Positions 23,712 through 37,259 are shown, counted from the stretch's first letter. The stretch: 53,841 nucleotides of DNA from Nemertoderma westbladi (GCA_032718475.1 JAUCBJ010007724.1:1-53841), one strand, 5' to 3'. The notes: generated by a model from the letters alone, not told the origin. A program made the numbers and translations.

Positions 23712-24700
23712 ACATATGAAATACCAGTACTTCCTCCACTTCCACTATCGATGGTTCGCTATCCATCCTATCTCGACACCTCTAGTTGCGCGTAGCAACA
23801 AGGTATAACAAGCTACTGCTTGTGACAGAGGCAAGGTATGAGGAGCATGCAACTTCTCTATGAGTACCTCTACTCCCAGCATCACAATGGCCACCAAAAC
23901 AACTGGGAAATCGGACCCCAGATAGACCCACTGAATACATAATCTGGGACTGGCATCGTTACCCAGGAAGGGTAAAACCTAAGTTGTAGTAAGCGACAGC
24001 ACTTATTGAAGGAATATGGCCTCCCAAAGGGGAGGTGCTAAGACAAACTGACTTCGTAAGCCAGGAGCAATAAAACGCAGATGTGATCTATAAAAACCCA
24101 AATATGTATAAATCCTTGTCGCTGCGAGGTCTGCACGTACCATATGTATGCACTGCATATCTCGAATACAGAAGCAAAGTCTTAAGTAGCATGCATATAT
24201 TGTTCGGAAGAAAGCCACAGAAGAAAGGCCACCAGCAGCCAAGCTGAAAACTTTCAAAGATTCCGAACTTAGTAAATAGAGTATTGTAAATAGAAATAGA
24301 GTAAATAGAGTATTGCAATACTATTTGTCAGTAATTGATTATAATCAAAGAATGTTGTTGGACCGAAGAATGGAACAAAGTTGTTTTTCCTGTAATACCT
24401 AATTTACGTTTGTCTCTGGTGTTCAGTACCTAATTTAACTAATTTAAGTTTGTCTTAGGTGTTTATAACCTAACTTAAGTTTGTCTCTGGTCTCCAGTAC
24501 ATACGTACCTTATAGGTTCAGTACGTACCTTAGAGGTTGTCGGTACTTATGAAGCTCGTAGCCAACATTTTGAAAATACATAAACTTTTTTATACTAGCT
24601 AAATATAGTAATTAGTAGTTAGTTAAATATGTGGAAATATTTATTATTAAGCCGGTACATCCAACTGTGCTTTATCTCCGCCGCCCGTCCGTAGCCCGCC

Positions 24701-24879
24701 AGGTTCTTGTGTTTCTTCTTCTCTTGTTGGCCCGCCCGGTTTTTGTGTTCCTTCTTCTCCTGCCCGGTTTTGTGTTCCTTCTCCTGCGGCACCATCGTTA
24801 CGAGTTGCGGGAACGGAATAGTGATATGGTTGGAATCTATTATGTGTTGGGCCTCGGCCTCGGCCTCGACCCCCCCACC
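24701..24879 (-). repeat. About 180-bp dispersed module, copy 1 (second copy at 51110-51285)
   Basis: Nearly identical sequence at both sites (GTTCCTTCTCCTGCGGCACCATCGTTACGAGTTGCGGGAACGG..CCTCGACCCCCCCACC). Confidence 0.9.
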
Positions 24880-25369
24880 GTGAAACAAAATAATATTTCG
24901 TCAAAAAATTTGTTCAGAACTCAGAAGCCAAGCAAGTACTGCATAATAATTATATTAATATTTAATTTAAATTTAAATAAATTTGAGCAAATTCATGTAA
25001 AATAAAAAAGTATGTTTGACAGACCTATATTAAAAATATAATAAATATTAATTGTTAGGTCCACCTTGGAGTGGTGGTTGCATTGAATTCGAATCACTCT
25101 GGGGAGTATATTTCTGGGGGGCCTCACTGGAAACTGGAGACTTTGTGTGTAATCCCTGGCCTAATGGCCGATTAAAACTTTACTCGTTGTACATTTTAAA
25201 TCGTGCTATTCGAAAATATCAAACTTATTAAACACTGTCTTATTCTACTCAAGTCATATATATAATCGCGTCCCTAAAAAGCCATTTTCAAAATTACGAT
25301 ATTCAGAGTATACCACAAGGTTTTCATTTCAACCCATTTTTATAGGTTATCGGGACTGATGAATCGATT

Positions 25370-25870
25370 GGAAGTAATATTGAAGCTTCAAGTCTTAGTG
25401 GTATCTTCCTACTAACATTTCGCCTAGCTCGATCTGCTACAGCATATGATGAAGATATTTTGCTAACATCACCACTCACAATGTCCTGAGTGAATTGAGC
25501 TTGCTGGGTTGGTGTCATTTTTAGTTGAGCAGCTAGGGCAACCACATTTGGTTTACTTTGTATATTTTTTGGGATGACAATTTCTACCCCAATATCCTCT
25601 CGTTTTTTGCTAGGATTTGTAGGCTCCTGAAAAATAATAGTATCATCCTCCTCATCTGTTTGTTGAGAGCTTTCAGATTCATCACCACTCTCCCTAATGT
25701 CTGCACTCCGCTTAGTAGAATACAACTGGTCCATTTCCTTATATGCATCAGATTTATCTGCTTGGATGCAGCTATTTCACGAGTTTCACGGCGCTTTATC
25801 TGTTTATCCAGACTTTATCACATGAACCGAATGAGGCTATTTGATTCATATCCAATTTCTAAAATCTAAA
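25370..25870 (-). pseudogene. Possible N-terminal fragment of a hATm-like transposase
   Basis: IPKNI..VVALAAQLKMTPTQQA..GDVSKISSSYAVADRARR resembles the N-terminal region of that group, from recall only. No catalytic core present. Confidence 0.4.
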
Positions 25871-26099
25871 TATATTGCATATATACTGCTGTGGTGCTAG
25901 GCTTTATATTGTGAGAATAAAATCCCATAGTGCCATAGACGAAAATTCCACCTCTAAATATAACACAACGAACGCTAACACAACGAACTCTGAACAACTC
26001 ATAAATGATAAAGAATAATGGTAAAGAACGAAGTTTCATAACTCTTTTTCAATCAAAATTTTTGAATATGATTTCTTTTTGTCACTGAGTACTTGCTGT

Positions 26100-26475
26100 A
26101 CCCAATTTCTTTTTCTTACTGGGTGCTGTTGACTATTTATTTTTGATGCTGGGTGCTATGGCCGATTTCTTTTTGTTGCTGGATGCTATGGCCGAATTCT
26201 TTTTGTTGCTGGGTGCTATGGCCGATTTCTTTTTGTTGCTGGGTGCTATGGCCGATTTCTTTTTGTTGCTGGGTGCTATGGCCGATTTATTTTTGTTGCT
26301 GGGTGCTATGGCCGATTTCTTTTTGTTGCTGGGTGCCATGGCGAATTTATTTTTGTTGCTGGGTGCTATGGCCGATTTATTTTTGTTGCTGGGTGCTATG
26401 GCCGATTTCTTTTTGTTGCTGGGTGCTAAGGCCGATTTATTTTTGTTATTGGGTGCTGTAGCCGATTTCTTTATG
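26100..26475. repeat. 30-bp tandem array (APSNKKKSAI on the minus strand)
   Basis: Unit GCCGATTTCTTTTTGTTGCTGGGTGCTATG, about 11-12 copies. Confidence 0.95.
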
Positions 26476-27086
26476 TCAGTGGCTGTACTGGGTTCTGAAG
26501 CCGATTTTCCCTTGTTATGGAGTTCTGTAGCTGCTGTCTTAGCTGCCTGAATTTGAGCAAATGTTGTAGAAGCCTCTTGGGGTTTTATGATGGTGTCATA
26601 TACGTTGCATTGGGTCTTGAGAGACTGCGCCATTGATTTGGCGACCCGATTTTGGTCACTCTCTGACCCCGCCAGATCCTGATAAAGGAAACTAACTGTA
26701 GGCCTATGGCGTACAGCTGTGGTACCGGCCTTTGAAGTCGATTGTGGTAGTATTATACTCCATATATGCTGTAACTGATAAGAAATACTGGTATACCTTC
26801 TCCCACCTGAAGTTATGAATATGAGGTTTTGCACACTTTGGTCACTTGTGCCCCCGTACTTTATCCAAATTCCTAGAAGATCATACGTCTCAGGTAATAG
26901 TACGAATATTTGCGACCCGTAAGTTTTTGCAGTTTTATGATTTTCGACTTTTATGGTCCACGAACCTTTACTAAAGTTTGCACTACTATAGTTATCATCT
27001 GTCATATTCAGAAGCGGAGAAGATCGTGATGCATTACTATATGTAATTACAGACATTAAATAAGATTGCATCTGCCATAATGGCAC
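26133..27086 (-). pseudogene. Tyrosine recombinase (HKT-type) catalytic domain with 10-aa repeat tail, copy 1
   Basis: NASRSSPLLNM (Arg I), VENHKTAKTYG (Lys), IFITSGG, AGTTAVRH (Arg II), MAQSLKTQCNVYD (His changed to Gln; Tyr present). Confidence 0.75.
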
Positions 27087-27220
27087 ACAGCGTGGTGGGG
27101 AGCACCCTGTGCAACGTGGATGGGAGCATCCTGGGCAACCTAGGGGTTTGCACCCTGACCCTGGGCGATGTGGCGGGGAGCACCCTGGGCAACATGGAGG
27201 GGAGCATCCTGGGCAACATA
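27085..27220. repeat. Short GC-rich array with about 20-bp units
   Basis: GGGAGCA(C/T)CCTGGGCAAC-type unit repeated 4-5 times. Confidence 0.7.
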
Positions 27221-27899
27221 TGTTCTAAATTCGTGCTCCCGATTGGTTGGCACTATCCTGATGTGTATTCTGGCAGCCATCATCCAATTCTGGCTTCCAC
27301 ATTAGTGGCTGACTTTGCCCACCCGAATACATGCCACCCACAATCTCCATACCAATAGAGTTCCTCAACCACATGGGCCCAGGCATTTAATTTACGGCCG
27401 TTCACAAAAGATTATTTTAAAGTGTTACGGGACCAGGGATGACGCCATTGATTGTTATTACAGGTAAATTTATTATAATAATCCCATACATAATAGTATT
27501 CTTAAAAGCAAAATTAATTATAAGAGTATGAGAATCAGAGATCAATCTGTGATCAATCAATAGTCGCGGATTTTAAAACTGCACAAGGAAATAGCATACG
27601 TTTTCCACATCCTAACTAACAGTCTTAATTCATCCAGCAACTTGCTACGTGGTACCCTATCGTATGCTTTAGAGAAATCTATAAAACAAATAAATAATTT
27701 ATATTTTTAATATATTGCAAAATCAATGATAAGATGTAATGACAAAATTTGTTCCAAGCAGCCCCACTTTGGTTGCCCTCGGAATGCTTATTTATTTTTG
27801 ATTTGTGCCAAATAAGAAAATAAACTTCCCAACTAAATCCAACAGCAACAAAATAAACCCAACAAAATCCCAACTAAACTCCGGATCCATTAAATATGA

Positions 27900-28545
27900 T
27901 GTAAGGCGGGAACACTCTTCCATTGTCTTCTATTCCCAATTATTTAACTTTCGACTCATATAATTGGAAGAAGTTCTCAATTGCTGTATTGTTACACGCA
28001 GTTGCCCTTGCAATGGTAAAGGCAATGGTTCTGAACATCATCCGAAGTTGAGGGTGGTAGTTGCTAAACCTGGAGCCTCTGCATTAGGGTGGGTCATAAA
28101 AATCAAAAGTCTACGAATTACGTAGGAACTCACCCAAAAGGTGAGGTTATGTGTCCATAAAACGTGGACGTTTGATAATAGGATTACTATTATCTTTTAT
28201 GAAAAATGCCCCGTTAAATTCGGGCTCCAAAACAGCCACTGTCGATCCAATCCCCAAGTCATCAAATCTAAGAATGTTTGCAGGCCTCGCCAATGTTGTG
28301 GTAAACAGGAGGGCAATACTACCCCCAACATCTGCCAATACTATCGTTCAGTCGAACCGTTTCTCCATGGAAATGTTCGTACGTTTGCTAGCATTTCGCA
28401 TATTTTTAAATTCAATACAGTGACGATGACCACTTGTCATCCATGACTGGTTCGTCACTAGCTAGAAGCCAAGCGCTTATCAGCCCATTGGAGGACCTCC
28501 TTTCGAAGGGATGTTCCTCAATCACCACGTTATCCATAATCTGCA
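27900..28545 (-). pseudogene. Unknown beta-rich (OB-fold-like) protein, degraded, copy 1
   Basis: HCIEFK..KRFD*TIVLADVGGSIALLF..LGIGSTVAVLEPEFNG..PII aligns by eye to the 35428-34250 gene. Confidence 0.45.
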
Positions 28546-31123
28546 TAAAATAGTTGTAATTATTTCTATATTTTGTTTAATTTTATATTTTATATTTGTA
28601 TTTTATATTAATTAAGTAAATTAATGAATTAAAATGAAACTTTATGACGTAAAATATAACTACATAATTTATACCACATATTAAGGATAGGTGTAGAGCA
28701 CATCCACCGTTGGAAATCCTCCAACATATTCCCCTCCCGACTCAAATCCCGAAATGGAAGTAGATATGTTCAAAGTTGATGAGATCAATGACGAGGATAT
28801 TGTAGCTACATTTGAACAAAAGGGAGTGGTTGGCCCTACATTATTCGCAATTAGATATTCTGGAATGTTTTGAATTAAAATTAATTATTTTGCTACCTAT
28901 ATTGTCTACCTATATTGTTAACATTGTTCATGCAATATTTTTTTACTAGCTATTGATATAATCTATTTGAAATCTATAATGTTTTATAACTATTTATTTA
29001 TGATTGGGTCGCAATTGTTCGGGTCACAATAACTTCATAATTATTACATAAATTTAAATTTAAAACAAAAGATATTGAAAATTAAATCTAAAATAACCTG
29101 TTACTTCGAGTCTGATAGCGTTAGTGAATTTTATTTATCATTTTTGAATAGGTTTAATTATTGTTTTCAACTATAATACATATGCCTAAATTTAAAAACA
29201 CTTACTCTCATCTGGTTTAGTGTGAAAAAGAGCGACGTGAACTGCCACGACGAAAATAGGCAGAACATGACCAGACGATCGGTAGTGATTTCCTGCAACA
29301 GGATCAACATTTCAGGACAAACATGTCCTGAAAGTTGCCTGAAAACCATGTCATCACCAAATTTTCAAAAGTTGCTAGTCTATTGCATAAATTTTTTGCT
29401 TATTATTATTACCAATAAAGGCTCGCCAAGCCTACTTGTCTATCTTTTCCATGTAATGTCTGCCAACAACCATAGCACTGTAGTAACTCTCTAGAACAAC
29501 TTTGTTTAATTTATAATAGTTTCAATTATCAGCGCAATATCCTATGCAGAGTAATCTGTTACTATTTTCTACAAGATATTTTAGTTATTTTAGAATAATA
29601 CTGCTGTACTGTATACAAATTAATTGTTGTATATAAACCAATACTGCAATAGTCAAATCCGTCTCGCAGTGTATATTTGATAATCTGATAGTAGTATCAG
29701 AGCCATATCATATACATTTAGTGGGACTATAATTTTGGTATTATTGTATATCAATTATTATCATTATGCAATGCAGTTAGTTCATTTAAACAAAAATATT
29801 TTAAATAACACGGGTGGTGGGTGGGTGGGTTAGACGGGAAGGGCAGGGGGGGGGGGGGGGGGGGGGGTTCTGCTAACTGTTCGCAAATCCCATCTTGGTG
29901 AATGAATATTTCGCATCAATGTTAAACTAGGGAAATGTCAAATGAGCAGATTATAGTGACACGTATTTCTAACCAAAACAATAAATGGAACACAATAGAA
30001 CAGGTTATAGTTTTAATTATGGGAGTAATGGAACTGTTATTTGTGTCGAATTTCATGGGGGGATGCATTATTATTGCGTTGATAGTCCCCCCACCCCACC
30101 CCCTATCCCGCCCATGTGAAGAATACCAGGATTTAACTTTTCGGTCGACTTTTTATTGTAATTTTATATATGAAGATTTTTTATTTTTTTAAATATATCT
30201 TTATTAAGTGTTTTATACCGCTTATTTCTGTCTTATAGCTTAACCTGTACATAAACTAATTCGTTTATTGTTTTGGTTACATTCAGCCCTTCTGTAACCT
30301 GTGTTTTTGGTGAAAACCTGGTATTCTTCTCTTCACATGGGGATAATTGCAACGTGAAATATAACGGCAGAAAGTCTGGTATTCTTCACATGGGCCCCCT
30401 ATCTGGGGTGGGTATGCAAGACAAAGCATTGCATAACTTCAGAACTGAGTACAGGAGTAACATGGCTTTATGTAATACACCCAGATACCTAAACTAATGG
30501 AAATAAAGTTTAATTTAATTATTAAAATAGGCCTAATATTTACCCTCCCATCGACTCTCACAGCTAATAAAAGGCATTGTCCGGAATTATATACATGTCC
30601 GGTATTTTACCAGGTAGTCAAATTCCGGACAGTCAATTTATAAAATGAAAACCACCCAGTTACAACTAAACATTTGAACTTAGTGGTATCAATTTGGTTT
30701 TATAGTGAACTACAATAGCATCTTGTACAGATGCAAACATAATATCAAGAATTAAAGCAATTTAAAGTGTCCCAAATTAAAAAAAAATGAAATTTTGTCC
30801 TGAATTTGAATAGTCAACCCTAGGCCTACTGCCTTACTGCATGTATTTCAGTCTTTGGATGTTTGATATTTCAATCGGCTGTCTGTGCCTGACAGCCTGA
30901 GTACAGGACAACAGGAAGGACCTGTAACCCTGTAGGCCTATTAAGAGTTGTAGGTAGAGGCACTAATTTACGGTTCCTTACGTACCGGTAAGCGTAGCGG
31001 TATAGCCTATCACGTAGCGTACATACGACATAAGTCAGCCGATTGTACGGTACCGGTATCTTAGCTGTTAGGCCGCATTTACTTAAGGTAAAATAAATTT
31101 TGGTGTTATATATTTTTAGAATA

Positions 31124-33105
31124 ATGGATAAGAAAATTTACAACTGCAGTTATTGTCATGGGAAATGTTTGCCAAAGCGGCATTCAATAAAAACGTGTCC
31201 CGCCAAGCGGAAACGCGAGGAGGAACGCAGAGTAAGTTATATAGATAATATTATTATTTCACCGCTACTTTAATATACCCCCCCCCCCCCCCTTCACATG
31301 TCAATATGTAGCAACGCAGTCAGGGCGAGCCTTAGCGCACAATTATAATTAGAAAATAGGCCATCATTTAATTTCTGTCTGTCCGTCTGTAATGAAAAAT
31401 TCATTCGTAAATAACTTTTGAAGATTTTAACCCTTTTCAACTAAATTTTATATGGGCATACTACAGAAAACGCTTCAATATTTTTGAATGTAACGGGCAA
31501 ATACCTCTCGAACTTTTGACTCCAGATCAAATAATTTTTTTGCTAATGTTAGCATGCTCCGCGACGCCCGACGAACGTGTTACTTATTTTATTTTGTTAT
31601 TTATGTAAATGTTTTAAGCCGGTAGGCACCTAGTTATATTGTATCTTGTTATCAGATATATAGTGGCTGAAGTTGGTCGCATGTAAAAATTGACCTCCAG
31701 CGGAAATTGGTCGCAAATAACAGCTGAATACGGGCAAAAATTCAACTGTAACCATTGCTATTCACTCTGGTTTATTGTTTTGGTTAGAATAGCCTGCTAC
31801 TGTATCCAGCTCATTTCCCTAAGTTGTTAATGTTAAGTAACGTTGGCGTTGATTGTATTTATTATAATTGTGGAACTTTGAAAAAAAATTTGTTTATTTT
31901 CATTTAGGACGCCGCTCGTTTAGTAAAGAAAAAGAAACGTTTGTTAGCCGAGAAAGTGCCGAATGGTAAGTTCAGTTGAGAGAAAAATACGTGGGCGTTG
32001 CGTTGTGAGGTTCACAGTTTAATCGTAATTTATATTATTTAAATTTTTATATTATTCTTATTTAAAGTTAATTAAAATAAGCCAGCATATGCTGTGTGCA
32101 TATATCCTTTGTGGGACCTTTGTACAGGACAATCCAAACAAGCTTAGCTTACGGGTTTATGTTATTTCAACCGCTGCGCTGGCTTGTTGCCCTCCTGCGG
32201 GAAACTGGATAACTGCTGAGTCACTCAAATTATATTTCAGATTTTTGAGAAACCACTTGTGTATCAAGTTTTGTTTAATTTCATCAAAGGGTGACAGACA
32301 TACGACATTAGGCCTCAGACAGAAAGACATATCGACTGGAAGATATCGGTAACTGTACCTACCAATATGCTAAGCAGTTACTTCGTCGCTCGATATACAA
32401 CAATAGAGCCGCTCAACAGCGGGATACTTACTGTAAGAATATCAGGGATACTTTCTGTAAAAATCTCAGAATACATTACACTAACTAACATACTGAATGA
32501 CATACTGACTGATAATTATCTAGGTTAAGGCACTTCCTGCCAGGCGATTTTGATGAAATTTTGCAAGTACATTGCTTTGGTGGTTCATAATCGCGTTACA
32601 AAATTTCAGATCGATTCTATGTGTGGTATTCGATATATTTAGTTTTTTGACATTGTTTTGTCGCGAAATTAAAAGCAATGGTAAAATAACAGCTGGTGTT
32701 CATGATGAAATATGGCTTAATATGTTATACACAGTCATAGAAAAACGTGGTGGTTGCCAAGTTTTACTAGTAGGCTATAAGGAAAGGCAATGTTTACTCA
32801 CACATAAGCTGTGGGTTTCTAATGTATTACCCCATAAGATGATTGCTCTCCCAGTGCTTTGTAAGGGTAGATCTACAATAAGGAAACTAAATTGATTATT
32901 TGGCTCTATTCGTTGTTATTTAGTTGTTGTATTAGACAACGACAACGACAACAACAACGTTTCTAGACAACGAGAGGAAATGGAGGCTTCTTCTACGGAA
33001 GCGGAGAGTGAGGCGAGCTCATTGGAATTGGAAGGCGATATCGAACAGCTTCAAGATCAAGATGTTAGTTATAGGCCTAACATCATGGTGGTGAAAATGT
33101 CCTGA
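31124..33105 (+). CDS. Small spliced gene: zinc knuckle + basic stretch + acidic tail (exons 31124-31231, 31908-31965, 32924 to 33063 or 33105)
   Basis: GTAAGT donors at 31232 and 31966, with pyrimidine-TAG acceptors. The exons join in frame: MDKKIYNCSYCHGKCLPKRHSIKTCPAKRKREEERR/DAARLVKKKKRLLAEKVPN/VVVLDNDNDNNNVSRQREEMEASSTEAESEASSLELEGDIEQLQDQD. Confidence 0.6.
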
Positions 33106-34125
33106 AAATGTCGGAAAGGTAAAAAATTATTCACTCAACAAACAAAGAATACTGTGTTGCGAACACATGTGCAACTTACAAAGCACACAAAAAAAACAAA
33201 AATGCAATGAATCCAACTTAGTAACCAAGGCCTGTGATTAGCTAATTTAGAATTCATAAGCTGTTTGTAGTTGAAAACTTTCTGGATGCCAAGAATGGAT
33301 TGTACTATTAATAATAAATTCAGACGTAACTAAGTATTTCATTACGGAAAACAATTAACAAAAAATATATGAATGCTACTTTTTATTTAATATTTTAAAT
33401 TTGCATTCTTGTTTAAATCAAACAAACATGTAAATAATGAGTTCTGTGATGTACATTATCATACATTATGTGGCCCTACATCTAAGCATAGCTGCATAGA
33501 ACTTGCTTCATTGAATCTTGGCGCAGTGGACAGCGGCCTTGTATTGTACAGTACATATCCAACCAGTGACTATCTCCCTCTGGGAAGCCAAGCACATACT
33601 GTAGACTCCATTATGTGGTTTACTTGTACTGGTAGTAGGTGCCACCACCACCACCATAGCACTGTCGTGTGTATGAACAAACATGTCTTGATTATGTGGA
33701 TTCTATTAGACATATTTTATTTAATTTTGTCAGACATATCGACAATATGCGTATACATACCGAATACGGTATGTATTCGGATCTACCACAGCAGTAACAC
33801 TTAAGAGGGAAATTGTAGTCGGAAATATCCTAACTCAAAAAATGGGGAGGAGATGAGAAGGAGTTGTAGTGACATAATTCTACATTTGAAAGGGGTATAT
33901 TCACACATATCTCAAAAGTTAGGCGAGGTTACTAGTATCTCAAAAGTTAGGCGAGGTTACTAGTACATAAAGTTTATGTGAAAATATATGGGCACTTATG
34001 ATAAAGGCCATATATGCCTTTACATACCGCGCCATTATGAGTAGCTACAATATCAATCTAAAATTTAAACAATGATAATATAAAATAGTTATATCATGTA
34101 TAATATTATACTACAGTAATTTTAA

Positions 34126-34239
34126 GGCGGGGTAGCTCAGTTGGTAGAGCGCCGGGCCTGCAATCTATTGGTTGTAGGTTCAGCCCCGCCAGGGTCCACT
34201 CAGCCTTTCATCCACTGGGGTCGATAAAATGAGTACCAG
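34126..34239 (+). mobile_element. tRNA-derived SINE with Meta-type central domain, 3'-truncated
   Basis: A box TAGCTCAGTTGGTAGAGC and degenerate B box GGTTCAGCCCC, then ACTCAGCCTTTCATCC..GGGGTCGATAAAATGAGTACCAG. Flanked by TTAA on both sides. Confidence 0.8.
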
Positions 34240-34249
34240 TTAAATCTAA

Positions 34250-35428
34250 ACGGTGTCATGTCTTCCACCAAAGCGGTTACATTTATTTCACAAAGAGGTT
34301 GCATTGTCATAATAATAAGAAGATGCTTCATGACAACTACTATAATCGGTACATTGTGGGAGGTGTCACCTCTAAATGCAGGCTCGTACAATCGAATCTT
34401 ACTTCCAACTCCGACATTCGGTTGAAATAAATTCCGACTCTGCTCGTTACCATGATTTATAACCATAAAAAGCATTGATGATGTCAAATCTCTGAAAAAA
34501 ATTTATTTAAAATAAAATATATTTTTCAAAAGTACATGACTATATAATAAATTCCACAAATAATAGACATGATATAATAAATACAAAAATAGAAACACAC
34601 GTATGGAAATTTAAAAACTTTCAAATTAAGAGTCTTTCAAAAAAAATAACTTCCATTTATAAAAAATAAAAAACTATCAAGATATGATGCGTATTATTTA
34701 GGTATCTCATCAAAAATAAAACAAAATAATTTGAAATTAAATTAAGCCTCACAAAAGGAAAAACTGCTGCGTTAGAGCAAAACATATTCCGATAAATTAA
34801 TTAGCAAAAGCCTACACACCTACGCTACATAAATTTATTAAAGATTATTATATCAAAAAATATCACTGCAGTTCTAACATTTGTAAACTTCAATTAAAAA
34901 AAACTTCGATTTAAAAGAAATCCATCGATTTTAAATACTGCAAAATAGAATACACTTACAGATTAGCATATAAAAATTACTTTTAATTTCCATAACTATT
35001 ACTCCAATTAGAAATATTGATAATAATCAAAAATGGAATATGTACAACTTCCATACAGTATATTTCATCTACATTTCATCACTACATTGAGAGTAAGAAA
35101 AAAGACAAAATGAAAAGAAACATGCGTAACTCCGAGGAAACGTGAAATCTCACAAATACCCAGGTCTACCAACACATGAAGTATCTCCTTCAATGACTTA
35201 CTACGAATCTCACTAGCGAAAAATTACAGAAAAAAACATAAAACTAATAACGTAATGAATATTAAATACTTACAAGAAATACACCATTGTGTTATAATTA
35301 GGCCTAGCCTTTTTAGCTGCTTTAGCAGCCGTAGCATTTAAAACGTGCACGACTCGACATTCCAGGAAACAATCCTCTGCTCTTGTCCTCGCCGACAAAA
35401 CGTCGGCAAGGCCGATTATTGCTGCCAT
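34250..35428 (-). pseudogene. Unknown OB-fold-like spliced gene, copy 2, interrupted by the SINE
   Basis: Exon 1 MAAIIGLADV..CFLECRVVHVL..NYNTMVYF(TT|GTAAGT) joins in frame, via a TTTTTTCAG acceptor near 34493, to LDLTSSMLFMV..VGVGSKIRLYEPAFRGDTSHNVPII. Confidence 0.55.
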
Positions 35429-35494
35429 TCTATAACAAAAATATAAATATACAATGTAAACAAGACAATACAATAATGCTCTCCATAGGGAAAA

Positions 35495-35588
35495 ATATCA
35501 ACCGGCTATATTGGGTCTCGAACCCGGTACCTAGGTTTCAAACTCCTGGTTATCATCAGCCGGGTGAGTATACTGAGCTACAACACCA
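35495..35588 (-). repeat. tRNA-like (SINE-head) remnant
   Basis: The minus strand has A-box-like GTAGCTCAGT and B box GGTTCGAGACCC, but no complete cloverleaf. Confidence 0.5.
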
Positions 35589-35799
35589 AATGAATATTTC
35601 GCTATGGAATGCGACATCATATTTAAGCCAACTAATCACTCAAAGGAAAGTACAACTTCGTTATTGCCGTGCTCTGCCAGAAAAGGCAACCATGCCTCAA
35701 AGAATAACTATTATACAGTGTTGTAGAAAACACTATAACCCCGTATTTCTGCCTGGTTAAACTAAGCAACTAAGCAAAAGTTAAACTAAATGTAGACCA

Positions 35800-36525
35800 A
35801 AGGATACAACTGCGATTAAATTTACTCAGAAATAAAAGGTTAGAACACCGATTAAAATAACTGAGGAAGAAAGGTTACGACAACGGTTCAACTAATTGGG
35901 TAACAAAGGTTAGGACAACACTTAAACTAAAAGAGGAACAAAGGTTACGACAGCATTTAAACTAACTAAAAAAAAATGTTAGAACACCTATAAAACTAAC
36001 TGGGGAACAAAGGTTACAGCTGTTAAAACTGATGAACAAAGGTTAGGACAGCGCAGTTAAAATAACTAAGGAACAAAAGTTAGAACAGCTCTTAAAGTAA
36101 CAAAGGAACAAAGATTAGGAAAGCAGTTAAACTAACTGAGGAACAAAGATGAGGAAAGCAGTTAAACTAACTGAGGAACAAAGATTAGAAGTAGAAGCAT
36201 GTAAACTAACTGAGGAACAAGTGTTATGCCATCCATTAGGAACAAAGGTTAAGACAGCGGTTAACATAACTGAGGAACAAAGTTTACGACACCAATCAAA
36301 ATAACAGAGGAACAACAGTTTAACTAACTGATGAACAAATATTATGATAGCTGTTAAACTAACTGAGGAACAAAACGTTAGAACAGCGGTTAAACTAACT
36401 TAGGAACAAACGCTAGAACACCAGATAAACTAACTGAGGATCAAAGATTAGGACAGCGGTCAAACTAACTGAGGAACAAAGGTTAGGACAGCGGTTAAAC
36501 TAACTGAGGAACAAACGTTACAACA
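35800..36525 (+). repeat. Degenerate 35-bp minisatellite
   Basis: TAACTGAGGAACAAAGGTTAGGACAGCGGTTAAAC at a 35-bp period (36431, 36466, 36501), about 20 copies. Confidence 0.92.
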
Positions 36526-36975
36526 ATTTATAACATTCCCAAAATTCCATTAATTAATAGATCATGGGAGCGGAGATTCACCCTATTAAGTATATTAGTG
36601 TGCGAGAATCTCCAATATATAGTCAATAGCCGATAAAATTCATAAAATCATATGTAAAGGGGAATATTGACAATTAAAGAATTACTATTAAATAGCATCC
36701 CAGATCTGTTGTATGCATGAGAATTACCCTACCGAATTACTGCTAGCTTTCCATAATGTCACCATAGCAACAACCACGCTATAATTAGAAGCAAGTTAAA
36801 AGAACAATAGAAAGCTTGCCCCATTGAATAGCATACGGAATAAAAAGCATACTGCTAGTATCCAAGGATACATAATAATAACGTGGCATTCTGGAAGGCA
36901 CTTGACTAACGGACAAATGTCCCGAATGTGTACAATTTGTGACAGTTGTGTGGGATTTGTGCGTTTATAGGTGAA

Positions 36976-37140
36976 TGTTGCTACTAAAGTGTGTTTACAG
37001 TAGCTAGTTGCAGTTGTGAAAGTAGCCCTACCTCTACAGTAAGAACCTGAAGTAAATCTAAGCCCTTGGGACGGACAGTGGAGTGACTCGCGCTGGTTAT
37101 TGTTGTCGTTGTGTAGCTACTACATTGGCGATAGGCACCG
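36976..37140 (+). mobile_element. Possible short LTR followed by a primer-binding site
   Basis: TGTTG (36976)...CTACA (37124), followed one base later by TGGCGATAGG. No second LTR seen. Confidence 0.35.
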
Positions 37141-37259
37141 CGACAACAGTACATCGGCACTGAGGATCTTGCACTGTCCAGGGGTAGTGAGGGGTAGGCA
37201 GCGACACCCACTATCCTAATTAAAATTAATTATAATATTGATAAACTCATATAGCAGCT

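Noticed and set aside
23712-24330. Higher-GC segment after the LINE; possible ribozyme or coding remnant
   Set aside because: No convincing HDV/hammerhead fold or protein motif could be identified.
26143-26550. Hydrophobic LLLGAMADFF-repeat ORF on the plus strand
   Set aside because: Antisense reading of the recombinase repeat tail.
31310-31635. Helitron/HINE-like intronic repeat (TCTGTCTGTCCG tract; GCCGGTAGGC-ACCTAG end)
   Set aside because: The hairpin is very short and the 5' end is undefined.
33908-33965. Two tandem copies of a 28-bp sequence
   Set aside because: Ordinary local duplication.
34126-34190. tRNA-Cys gene
   Set aside because: The anticodon and T arms are degenerate and run into a SINE body.
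35800-36525. CRISPR-like appearance of the 35-bp array
   Set aside because: The variable parts are short mutated versions of one unit, not unique spacers.
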